Shown here: positions 16,673 through 28,698 of the stretch, one piece after another
Layout: every line of letters begins with the position of its first letter
How positions within the stretch are numbered: position 1 is the first letter of the stretch
NCBI RefSeq assembly: GCF_009914755.1
Contig: NC_060947.1
Strand: one strand, 5' to 3'
Source: the human T2T-CHM13v2.0 reference genome, Homo sapiens
Length of the DNA: 64,000 bases
Notes under the pieces: generated by a model
Databases searched by the model: none
Seen by the model: only the letters and a program-made list of their open reading frames with translations
What the model was told of the DNA's origin: nothing
Position numbers and translations under genes: made by a program

Positions 16673-18959
16673 AGGTAATGATACTAATTGCCCAAGAGGG
16701 TCAGAACAGGAGGGAAGTGGAGGGCCTGGAAGCTGGAGGACAGAAGAGGGGGACTTGGGTCACTCTCAAAGGATGATATGGGGAGAGGAGGAGAAAAAAG
16801 ATATCAAGGGTGCAGAAAGATGTGAGAGGGAAACTGCATCAGCAAAGTGTCACAGGTGGAAATGCAGAGCACGAGCTTGGGGGACACTGAGGAGGCCAAT
16901 TTGTCAGGTACCAGGCAAATAGCAAAGGAAACGTTGGAAAGGGAGCTGTGGTTTTCATCCTGCAAAATCTTAAACACAGGCTAACTGGGAATGCTGCAAG
17001 ATGCTATGATTTCTGACAGTCTATTCCAGGTTCATTATTGTTTCCTTTTCCTCTTTTGTCTACCCAAACTAACTAGCTCCAGGAGGTTTAAGAACCCAAA
17101 GGCTCATACTTATTTCAAAAGCTATTGTTTTGTCATACAAATTTCTCATTTGTTTCTCTTCATTTTTGGGCAATATCTTAGCAAGACATCTTTATTCTGT
17201 ATTTCCATCTACTCATTGAATTTTTTTTCTGGGAATACATGAACTTATTAAAAACAATTGAGGCCCCAAAGTACTGAAAAACAGAGTTGGGTTATCACAG
17301 ATAATCTTAAAATAGTAATCAGTCCATGTGTGTTATTGCTTAATTGGCACACATTTCCTATATTAAGGGCATGGTAAAAAGGAATAGAAACCTTGGTCTG
17401 CTTCGGCTTTTCTATAAAACTCAGTCCCTTTGAAAAAACATCTGGGACTAATGTGGATGCTAAAACTGTTAGCTCACACACACCAGAGTTTCATTTACTC
17501 TTTCATGATAAAAATTTTCCCCTTATAGTTGCCCAGATCCACACGTATATTATTCAGGATCTGATGTAGCATGGGCACCATTTGTGGCCACATCCTCTGA
17601 AAACCACTTCAAGTGGGTTTCCAGAACCTTTAAAAATAGGCTGGGTTCTGGCAAAGCTTATAAGCATAGGAGGGAAAAAGCAACAACCTTAGCATTTTGA
17701 AAATAGTTTAAATTTTAGCCATCTCATCCTGCTGTTGCTCCCTTATGGATCTTCTCAGGATATTAGTAGGGCTAATATTCCAAATTTCCTAGTTGTTGTT
17801 GTTGTTTTTTAAAACAGATTCAGACTGATCATCTAATATAAATTCCTCAACTACAAAAATCCTGTTTATGTATTGTTCTGATTTCCTAAAAGCACTTAGT
17901 TCTGTGTTTTCTCTACTCAGCAAACCAGAGTGTTTTGACCCTCTGTATATGGTGACTGGACCACTCCTTAGCCACTGTTAAGCAGTGGTGTGCATCCCTT
18001 CCAGTGGTGACATTAGAATAAGTTGCTTCTAAATGGCTGTAAAGCGTGTTGCCATAGCAATGGAGCTTTCCTGGTCAGCTGGAAAGAAAGTTCTTCAGTT
18101 CTGCCAGCACTTGGTGTGCCACAGGAAGAATTATCCAGTTGCTTGTTAGAAATGCTCACTCCCAGACCCCACCCATAAGCATTGTGCTTCAGGAAATTTT
18201 GGAGGTGAACCTGCATTTATAGCCATCTTTCCAAGTAATGACCATGCTGGTGGCTCACAACCTCATCATCAGAAAGACTGTGTATAGTACCAAGATATGG
18301 CCAAAGTTATGCCCCTTAGAGAATGCTGATATTCATCTCCATCGGGTCGTGTTTCGGACTGTCCCCTCCTCCAAGTTCCTGAAGAATCTGCATTCTGCCT
18401 TTTTCAGGATCTTTATATGGGAGCATCTGCCATGCATATGCTTTGTATTTACTCTCCAGGCTTTCAGGGTAAGATTCCCCAGCTTCAAAAATAAGGTCAT
18501 CTGTTAGTAATTCTCTGCTTCAATTGGCAAATGACCTACCTACCAAGGACATGCAGTTGAAATGAGCATGTGCCTCCTCCTGAGAAGGTTAAAATTTCCT
18601 TCTGCCTGTGACCTTAGGAGATAGCTCATCATGGTGTGTCCATTTACCTCATTGAGGTAAATGGAGTCCCTGTGAAACCGTTTTGAAAAGACCAGCACAT
18701 CATCTACGTGAGAAAGCAATTTCTGGGGTCTACACTAATAGGATGTTTGTGAACTTGAGAGTTCTCTTGACCCATTTGGAATCTTAGGTTTTTTAAGGAA
18801 TACAGATCAAGCATGTTGGTTTATGAGAATGGAAATAATGAATTCTTTGTTGAAAACAGTGACTGGTATCCTTGTAGTGTGTACCATCCACCCTTAGGAC
18901 TGGAGGATTTTATCTTTATCGATTACTTAGTAGAGTTCCAGAGAGAATGGTGAAACTGG

Positions 18960-19030
18960 TTTTTTTTTTTTTTTTTTTTTTTTGAGACAGGGTCTCACTC
19001 TGTCACCCAGGCTGGAGTGTAGTGGCATGG
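18960..19030 (-). mobile_element. Alu 3' fragment with T24 tail
   Basis: T24 then gagacagggtctcactctgtcacccaggctggagtgtagtggc; Alu similarity then stops. Confidence 0.9.
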
Positions 19031-19784
19031 TTGGTGATTAGCTAACTCTGAAGGGGATGAAGTGGATAGTTGTGTGTCAGCATTGACTTAGAGGAGTAGG
19101 GAAGACTTCTCAGCTCCTATTATTGTGGAAAACCTATTTCAGCCACCTCAGATAGAGGAATACCTATTTATTTGTTTATTAATTTGTCAACCTCTCAGCT
19201 TCTCAAAAGATATCCTTGGTGACCCATTTTCTGTTTAACAATTGCTCACAAATTCAACTGCATTTATTAGTATTATGCATATATTGAAAGCACCAACCAT
19301 GTCTCAGGCATTGTGCTAGGTGCTATCTGAAACAGAGATAAAAATAATCCTTTCTGAAAAGTGTTTCAGCTTCATGTTTTCCCCAAATGAGGTGGCTCAA
19401 GCTGGACTTCACAGGGCATGTAGCAAACATGCCTATTTGGAACCAAACACCCACACAGAACAGGGCTGGGTGAGTACTTCTTTTTCAGTTCCCAGTGAGG
19501 ATAGAGAATAACTGACTCTATTTTCCATTTTATGAAGGAGAGTAATCCTTCAGAGCTCCAAAGACTCTTGGTAAAATGCTCTCAATCTCAAATCTCTTTT
19601 CCAGGCTGAATAAATTCAGACACTTGTGATCTTTCTCTTTTGGTCTGAGTTTTTAACTTTGCGAACATTTATCATCTTGAAACAAGTAAACGTTGCTGTA
19701 AACTGGAAACCAAGGCAGATTTTTTTGCATGGAAAATACATTGCTACTTGGAAATGATTTCAATGGCCACAAAATGCAGGTGGA

Positions 19785-19995
19785 TTGCAGTGTGGAGAAG
19801 AAATTGCGTGTGGGCTTTGCAGTCAGACGGATTTAGGTTCAAATCTCATCTTGGCCAATTAGTAGTTACTGGAAATTGGGCATGTTTCTTAATATCTGAG
19901 CCTCAGTTTCTTCTGTGTGAGGGCATATTAATAGCTCCTTGAGGGTGTTGTTGTGATGATTAAATGAGACACTCAATATAAAGCACCCGGCATAT
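19785..19995 (+). mobile_element. MIR SINE
   Basis: gggctttgcagtcagac...ggttcaaatc...tctgagcctcagtttc...gattaaatgaga. Confidence 0.8.
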
Positions 19996-20364
19996 AAATG
20001 TCAGTTTCCTTTCTCAGCTTTTCTGCTACCCAAAATAAGAACATTTAAAGATGGAAATGCATTAAGCAAAGGCTGTACATCAAGAAGAGGAGAGAGTTTT
20101 GAGCTTAAATGACCTTGATCTTTGGTTAATGTATGAAGTTATCTCTTGGTTCTGAGCAGATTTCAAATTAGGCTTCTAAAATGTATTGGCTATTACCAGT
20201 TTAGCAAAGCCAAATTCTTGGATATTTGCTTTATCTTTCTGCCCACTGAGCACCTCTCCACAAACCCTTTCTTCGAAATGAATATTGTGAAAATAAGATA
20301 ATTGGTCAAATGCATTCTTTAAAGCTATAATGGAGGACTATGTAGTAATTTTTATTTAGAACTG

Positions 20365-20675
20365 TGTCTAAGAATCACCTGGAAGCTTTTTAAAGCTATA
20401 CATTCTGGCCCCACCTCAGATCTAGTAATTCCCATACGCTGGGCATAGGGAGCTGGCATTAGAATACTACCCTGGTAACCTCAATAATAACCATCACTTT
20501 AGGGCAATGTTTAAAAACTTGAGCATGCATCAGAATCACCTGGAGGGCTTGGCACCACTCCCCTTCGTCCTCCCAAACCCTGATACTATATGTCAGGGAT
20601 GGTGCCCAAAAATGGTATTTCCAACAAGGTAATGCTGATGCCAAAGGTCTGGGCATCACCCTTTGAAGACAACTG
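20365..20675. mobile_element. MER5-like hAT-Charlie fragments (two)
   Basis: Two agaatcacctgga motifs followed by ccccacc / gcccaaaaat...tttccaacaag. Confidence 0.55.
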
Positions 20676-20717
20676 ATTTAAGGTTTCCTATTATATTAGT
20701 AGAGGCTCAATTCGAAC

Positions 20718-20849
20718 TTCAGCAACCTTAAACCACTTACTGTATTTCTGAGCCAAAAGGATAAAGTCTAGGGAAAGCCTAGAAACTGAGTTCAGCAACC
20801 CTAAACCATTTACTGTACTTGTGAGTCAAAAGGATAAAGTCTAGGGAAA
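20718..20849. repeat. Direct repeat of 59 bp (2 copies, 14-bp spacer)
   Basis: ttcagcaacc...ggataaagtctagggaaa at 20718-20776 and 20791-20849; 5 mismatches. Confidence 0.92.
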
Positions 20850-21214
20850 AAGATTCCAGTACATTAAGAAATAAGCTTTAACAGTAGAGTGAAAGAAAAC
20901 AATTGGTAGGTTTAAGCACATAGATGGTAAGGTTAAGTGGTAAAAATTACTGTCTTCAATAATGTGAATATTTTTGTTTATTTAATAAGACTGACTCCAG
21001 TGATTTGCAGAGAAGCTAGACTTCACACCTTACTAGTGAAGGGTGGCCACTCACAACATAGGTTAGCCACCTCTGGAAAGGGGGGACAGACTCTTGGGGC
21101 CACATTCTATGATCTCCTGATCAGCTATGGAGGCCCATAGTCTGAGATAAAACCACAGGCCCAAGTGCCCTCTTATGGTGGTGGTTTGGGATCAGGTGCC
21201 CCTCTGACTTGTGC

Positions 21215-21563
21215 ATTTTTTAAATAGACTTTATTTTTTTTAGAGCAGTTTCAGTTATAGAGCAAAATTTAGGGGAGGTTCTAGAGATTTCACATATATT
21301 CCCTACCCCAAAACACATGCATGGCCTCCTCCACTATTAACATTCTCCACCAGAGTAGTACAGTGTTATTATTACAATCAATGAACCTACATTGACACAC
21401 CATTATCACCCAGAGTGCATATAGTCTACATAAGGGTTCTCTCTTGGTGTTATATACTCTATGGGTTTGAACAAATGAATAATGACATGTTTCCATTATT
21501 ATAGTATCACAGAGTTGTTTCACTGCCCTAAAAATCCTCTGTGTTCTGCCTATTCATCCCTCA
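21215..21563 (-). mobile_element. L1MC-type 3' end
   Basis: tagactttattttt...ttacaatcaatgaacctacattgacacaccattatcaccc...ttcactgccctaaaaatcctctgtg. Confidence 0.85.
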
Positions 21564-22839
21564 GTGGAGTTTTTAAGAGTAAAAATGAGAGTCTCAGCAC
21601 AGCAAATAAAAACAGCAGATTTTCTGTTCTGCTCCCAGGAAAAGCAGAAAAGAGTATATAGGAAGCAATATTTTGAATTATGAGAAGAGTAAAACAATGT
21701 ATAGTTTTATTTTTTGATGTTTTAATCATATGTTTGGAAGTCCATAACCTGCGCCTTCCAGCATCAGTCAAATACAAATGTGATTCCCAGGGTTGCAGTG
21801 TCTGCAGGAGTATTAGGCTTCTTTGTGTAAAATATCATCTTACCATTTGGGAAAGATCCTTAAACAATTCCTCAAAATATGGATTTTTAATAGAGCTTGA
21901 AAGACAAAGTTATAATTTTCACATTGATGAAAAATAAGAGGATAAAGTTTTCAGAACACATTTAAAGAAGCGGATGGAATTGTGGGTGCTGTTAAAAAAA
22001 ACATGAAAATAATCAAAGAATCTCGGGGCTGGTGTTCTACTATCTCACAGGAAATGAATGTATGAATATATGAAGGCTAGCAGAGTCTGAAAATTATATA
22101 GTTTGGTCAATCTGATTATCAGTGGGTGGATTATTCAGCTTGTTGATTATCTGCAACAAAATTTTAATCCCAGTATGGCTTCTTCAGCTTGCTTTGCCTG
22201 TAATTAGTTAGCATGTGCTTGGGGAATGCCAACCAACTCTAATATTAGCTCCAGGAAAACATAATCACCAAGGTAAATCTGCAGCTGCTGCAAGAATGAA
22301 TGTGTCCCAAACTAGATGCCACTGGGTTTTATACTGGATGTGGTTTTGGATTATTCATGCTATAAAAATGCAGATAATCATGAGTGGTGTGAAATTTTTC
22401 TCTTCCAGCATGTGGGGCTTTCTTTTGGTCATCTTCTTATAGTCCTGCTTTCTAGTGAGCTACCTTTCTGCTCAGCATCCACCCAGGCTTCCTGAGCTCA
22501 GAGATAGAGAGCTTGGATTCATGTTGCAAGTATGTGTTCCTATGGCTCATGCCTGTGATGGAACAACCGTGAACCACATTGGGCTTTCCCTACCACAGTT
22601 ATTGCTAGTTGCTACTGTCAATTTCAGGCGAGGTCTCCGAATGCCCCTTATGGATCTCAGGCAAAGACGACTCTGTCCCCAGGAAAGTATGTACATGTGA
22701 GTGAGCAGAAGGCAGTACTGGAGGGTGATAATGAGTTGAAGTTTAGCTATAAATAGAAATGTATTTTTCAGAAGAACAACTGTAAATTGAAATTCCTCAG
22801 GAAAACAAACAACGCAAACTTTCCTAAGGGCTCCTTTTG

Positions 22840-23326
22840 CCATCAGTTAGGATTAGGTTCGGCTGCATATGACAAAGCACCCAAAATAACAAAGCCTAAA
22901 AAAATCTGAGTAAAAAGAAGTGTAAACTCCATTCTGTCTTCTGTAGAAGGCAGTTTTACAACGTTATCATAGTCACAGGCTTCTGCCGTCTTGATGCTCA
23001 GCCATGCTCAGCGGGTGGTTTTCATCAAGATGGTTGCTCAGGCTCCGGTCACTGTTTCCACCCTTTAGCTGGCAGAAAAATGGAAGAGTCAAAGAAGGAC
23101 ATGTCCATTCCCTATAAAGACCCTTCCTGGAAGTTGCCCGGGCCTTTCTTCAGCTTCCATCATATTGGCCAGAAGACTTAGTCACGTGATCACATCTAGC
23201 TACAACTGAAGCTGAGAAGACTTTATTCTGGGTGGCCCTGTATAGTTAAGTATAGCTGAAAATGGAGGATTCGGTTACCAAGAAGAGGAGAATGGTTTTC
23301 AAGAGATAATTGACTGTCTTTGTCAC
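22840..23326 (-). mobile_element. MLT1J-like MaLR LTR
   Basis: tcagttaggattaggttcggctgc...caagatggttgct...attggccagaagacttagtcacgtgatcacatctagct. Confidence 0.7.
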
Positions 23327-24071
23327 AGACTGCTTACCTTTCATTAAGGGCAAAGCAAACAGACCTCTGGCAGGGATGGTATTAGATTATATTACAGGTT
23401 GTCCTTACGTTTCAGAGGAAGGAAAAACCTGTTCTCTTTCATTGTCTCTATGTCCCTTCACTTCTTCTGCCCTCTTTTCCCAGTGCCCTGACCTCCAGGG
23501 GCAATTATAGGCCTGACAGCTTTGTAGGACTTATCAGGAAAAACTGTGAGTCTTCAAAATAGAAAAAAAACTGAGTGTCCTGTCTAGTATACCTTTCATG
23601 GTTATCTCCACCATTCACTGTCTTTGAGCTTTTTCACAACCCTGTGGGTTGTAGAAAAGTCATAATAATGCAAATTATTTTTGCCCATAGAAATGCAAAT
23701 TAGTTGTGTCTGGTGGAATGCAATTGATTTTTGACTCATTTTGCATCTATTTGCAATTTTATTTCAGCATTCCTTATTTGCGTATGCATGTGTGGTGCTT
23801 TGAATTCTCCTTTGGACAAGTTGCAACATCTTACTGGTTCCCTCGTTAATTAACAAGTTAAATAAAATATTTGACTTGTGTTCATTCTATAAAAGAGTTA
23901 TATCTTCTTTAAAAAATTGTCCTTTATCAGAATCTTGAGTCTGATTCTGTGCCTGGTGTCTTGGTATACTCTGATGTTCTTGATCCTCTTCACTCCATCA
24001 AATCTATCATCTCAGTGTCTTTCATGTACTCTGTCATACTTTTAGAAAACAACTTAAAACATAACATCAGT

Positions 24072-24300
24072 AATAATAGTAATGACAGTATCATTTACTT
24101 AGTGCTAATTAGTCAGACCCCATACATACCCAACCCATTTAACTTTCCTCAGTCCACCCTGCAGAGATGAGTACTATTATAATAACCACTTTATAGGTGT
24201 GAAACTGAGCTTGGAGTAGTTTGATATCTTTCCCAAACTCACACAGCTGGAAGGTGGCAGAGACTGGATCTGAGCTCAGGTCAAACTCCAAACCAGTATC
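24072..24300 (-). mobile_element. MIR SINE
   Basis: ccactttataggtgtgaaactgag...cacacagctggaaggtggcagag. Confidence 0.7.
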
Positions 24301-25378
24301 CATTTCCCAATTTCCTGAGCTTGAGAGTTAATGGCCTGAAGTGGTCACTGTTGCTACCTCTTTCAAAGATACTTGCACATTAACAGAGAATACTCAAAGA
24401 AATGAATTCCCGATAGTGGGATTTCAGACTTTTTTGGTGTGTTGGTGCTGAGATTCTTCCTCAGGTGGCAATTTCAATCATCAGATAGATTGCTCTCTGC
24501 CTATTCAATTTATTAACAAAACTCACTTTACTCAGGGAGCAATGACTACTGGGGATGGCAGAAAGAGCCCTGGGGGCTGGAGACCTGACTTCTAGTCCCA
24601 ACTTTGCTACTGACTAGCTACAGGACATATCCTAATAGGACCATGAAAGTCTTCATTACTCATTTCACAGATGAAAAAACTGAGGGCCAAAGGAGAATTT
24701 CTGACTTGCAGAGATCTGTTCACTAAAACAGCACATGGCACGGTAAGGATTTATATGGCAGTGACGAGAATGCAAGGGGAGACAGTCAAGAAAGTTGAAA
24801 GTGTCTGATTTTGACTTGAAAGACTTGGGTTTGAGGCTGACTCTGCTGTGTGATGTTGGATAAGTTACTTTGGCATTTTTCACCCAGCAGATCTCATCTT
24901 TAAAGTCAGGGATATATGGTTTCTAGGATCTTTCTGCACTAAATGTCTTTTTAAAAAATGTACAAATTTATGGTGTACATGTGAAATTTTGTTACATATA
25001 TATAATGTGTGTAGTGATCAAGTCAGGATATTTAGAGTGTCTACCACTTGAGTATAATACATTTTTGTTAAGTATAGTCACCCTATTCTGCTATCAAACA
25101 TTGGATTTATTCCTTTTATCTTACTCTATGTTTATGCACTTTAACTTACTTCTCTTCTTCCTGTCCCCTTCCCCCTACTCACCCTTTCTGGTCTCTGTTA
25201 TCTCTCTTTATACTCTCCACCTCCGTGTGACTAAATTTATTAGCACCCACACATATGTGAGAACATGTGATGTTTGTCTTTTTATGCCTGGCTTATTTAA
25301 TGTAATGATCTCCAGTTCCATCCATGTTGCTGCAAATGACATGATTTTATTATTCTTTATGGCCAAATAGTATTCCAT

Positions 25379-25384
<6 letters not shown>

Positions 25385-25415
<31 letters not shown>
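25385..25415. repeat. (TA)n microsatellite
   Basis: About 15 TA units inside the L1. Confidence 0.95.
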
Positions 25416-25418
<3 letters not shown>

Positions 25419-28400
25419 ATTTTCCTTCTCCATTCATCAATTGATTAACATTTAGATTGATTTCATGTGTTTGCTATTGTGAAGAGTGCTGCAATAAACA
25501 TGTGAGTGCAGGTGTACCTTTGATATATTGATTTCTTTTCTATCAAGTGGAGTAGATATCCAGTAGTGGGGTTGCTAGATAGAATGGTAATTCTATTTGT
25601 AATTGTATGAGAAATCTCCATACTGTTTTCCATAATTGCTGTACTCGTTTACATTTCCACCAACAGTGCATAGGAGTTCCCTTTTCTCTGCATCTGTTAT
25701 TTTTAATAATAGCTATTCAATAATAGCCATTCTGACTAGGGTAAGATAATATCTCATTGTGGTGTTGGTTTGCATTTCCCTGATGATTAGTGATGTTTAG
25801 AATTTTTTCATATACCTGTTGGTCATTTGTATGTTTCCTTTTGAGAAATGTCTATTCATGTTATTTGCCTACTTTTTAATGGGATTACTTGCTTTTTTCC
25901 TGTTGAGTTGCTGGAGTTCCTTGTATATTCTGAATATTAGTCCCCTGTCAGGTGATTAGTTTGCAAATATTTTCTCCCATTTAACAGGTTGTCTCTTCAC
26001 ACTGTTGATTATATATTTTGCTGTGCAGAAGCTTTTTAGTTTAATTAAGTCCCATTTGTCTATTTTTGTTTTTGTCGCCTGTGCTTTTGAGATTTTAATC
26101 ACAAATTCTTTGCCTAGACCAATATCCAAGAGAGTTTTCCCTAGATTTTCTTCTAGTATTTTTATGGTTTCAGGTCTTACATTTAAGTGTTTAATCCATT
26201 TTGAGTTAATTTTTGTGTATGGTGAGAGATAGGGGTCCAGTTTCATTCTTCTGCGAGTGGCTTTCCAATATTTTCAGCACCGTTTTTTGAAGAGGGTGGC
26301 CTTTCCCCAACGTAAGTTCTTGTTGGCTTTGTCAAAGATCAGTTGGCTCTAAATATGTGTCATTATTTCTGGGTTCTGTATTATGAGTCATTAATCTTTG
26401 TGTGTATTTTCATAACAACATCATGCTATTTAGGTTGCTATCATCCTGTAAGATATTTTGAAGTCAGGTGATGTGATGCCCTAGCTTTGTTCTGTTTTGC
26501 TCAGGATTGCTTTGGTTATTTGGGCTCTTTTTGGTTGCATATGAATTTTAGGATTGTTTTTTCTAATTCCTTCTATGAAGAATCACATTAGCATTTTGAT
26601 AGGGATTGCACTGAATTTGTAGATTGCTTTGGCAATATGGTCATTTTAATGATATTAATTTTTTTTATATCCAAGAGCATGGGACGTTTTTCTATCTCTT
26701 TGTGTCATCTTCAATTTCTTTCATCAGTGTTTTGTAGTTTTCCTTGTAGAAATCTTTAATCTCCTTGGTTAAGTATATTCCTAGGTATTTTTCTGTAGCT
26801 ATTATAAATGGGCTTGCCTTCTTGATTTCTCTCTCAGATCATTTTTAGTGTATAGAAACACTACTGATGTTTGTATGTTTATTTTTTTGTATCCTTCAAC
26901 TTTACCAAATTCATTTATCACATCTAAGAGTTTTTTGGTGGAGTCTTTAGGTTTTTCTAGATGTAAGATTATGTCATCTGCAAAAAGGTACAATTTGTTT
27001 TTCTCTTTTCCAATTTGGATGGTTTTTATTTCTTTCTCTTCCCTGATTGCTCTAGTTAGGACTAGAGTACTACATTGAATAGAAATGGTGAAAATGGGCA
27101 TCCTTGTCTTGTTCCGTTCTTAGATGAAAGGCTTTCAGCTTTTCCCCATTCAGTATAACATTAGCTGTGGTTTTGTTGTATGTGGACTTTATTATTTTGA
27201 GATATGCTCCTTCTATGCCTAGTTTGTTGAGAGTTTTTATCATAAAGGGATGTTGAATTTTATCAAATGTTTTTTCTCCATCTATTGAGATGATCATATG
27301 ATTTTTGTCCTTCATTTTGTTGATGTGATGTATCACATTTATTGATTTGCATATGTTGAACCATCCTTGCTTCCCTGGGATAAATCTCAGTTGATCATGG
27401 TGTATTATCCTTTTGTTGTGCTGTCGAATTCGGTTCGCTAGTATTCTGTTGAGGATTTTTGTGTCCGTGTTCATCAGGAATATTGGTCTATAGTTGTTTT
27501 TTTTTTTTCTTCCCATATCCTTGCCTGGTTTTGGTATCAGGGTGATGCTGGCCTCATAGAATTAGTAAGAGAGAATTCCCTCCTTTTCAATGTTTTGGAA
27601 TTATTTGAGAAGAGTTGGTTTTAGTTCTTCTTTGTATGTTTGGTAGAATTCAGTAATAGAAGTTGGTAGAAGCCATGTGGTCCTAAACATTTCTTTGTTG
27701 GGAGACTTTTTATTACTGATTCAATCTCATTACTCATTATTGGTCTGTTTAGGTTTTCTATCTCTTCCTGATTCAATCTTGGTAAGTTGAATGTGTCCGG
27801 GAATTTATCCATTCTCTCTAGGTTTTTCAATTTGTTAGTATATAGTTGTTCATAATTGTCTCTGATAATATTTTATATTTCTGTGGTATCCATTGTAATG
27901 TCTTTTTTCATTTCTGATTTTATTTATTTGCATCTTCTCTCCTTTTTTTCTTGTTTTAGTCTAACTCGTGTTTTATCAATTTTGTTTATCTTTTCAAAGA
28001 ACAAACTTTTCATTTCTTTGACCCCTTTGTGTTTTTTTAGTCTCTAGTTCATTGAGTTCTGCTTTGATCTTTACTATTTCTTTTCTTCTGCTAATTTGGG
28101 ATTTGGTTTGTTCTTGCTTTTCTAGTTCCTTGAGGTACATTGTTAGATTATTAATTTGTAATCTTCTTTTTTGATGTAGATGTTTTATACTATAAATGTC
28201 CTTTTCAGCACTGCTTTTGCTATATCCCCGAGACTGATATGTTGTGTTTCTATTTTCATTTGTTTCAAGAAATATTTTGATTTTTGTCTTAAGTTCTTTT
28301 ATGACCCAGTGGTCATTCAGAAGCATGTTGTTAATTTCCATGTTTTTGTATAGTTTCTAAAGTTCCTCTTGATATAATTTCTAGTTTTATTCCATTGTGG

Positions 28401-28432
28401 TCCAGAATATACTTGATATGATTTCAAGTTTT

Positions 28433-28698
28433 TTTTTTTTTTTACCATTCATTCTTTTTTTTCTGTTTTTTTTTTTTTATTATACTTTAAGTTTTAGGGT
28501 ACATGTGCACAACGTGCAGGTTAGTTACATATGTATACATGTGCCATGTTGGTGTGCTGCACCCCGTAACTCACCATTTAACATTAGGTATATCTCCAAA
28601 TGCTATCCCTCCCCCCTCCTCCCACCCCACAACAGGCCCCGGTGTGTGATGTTCCCCTTCCTGTGTCCATGTGTTCTCATTGCTCAATTCCCACCTAT
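28433..28698 (-). mobile_element. 5'-truncated L1PA (about PA4) 3'UTR inserted into the older L1
   Basis: attatactttaagttttagggtacatgtgcac...ccaccta; TSD aagtttt at 28426-28432 and 28699-28705. Confidence 0.92.

Noticed and set aside
20718-20849. Repeat-spacer-repeat as a CRISPR-like array
   Set aside because: Only two 59-bp copies, a 14-bp spacer, human context and no cas genes
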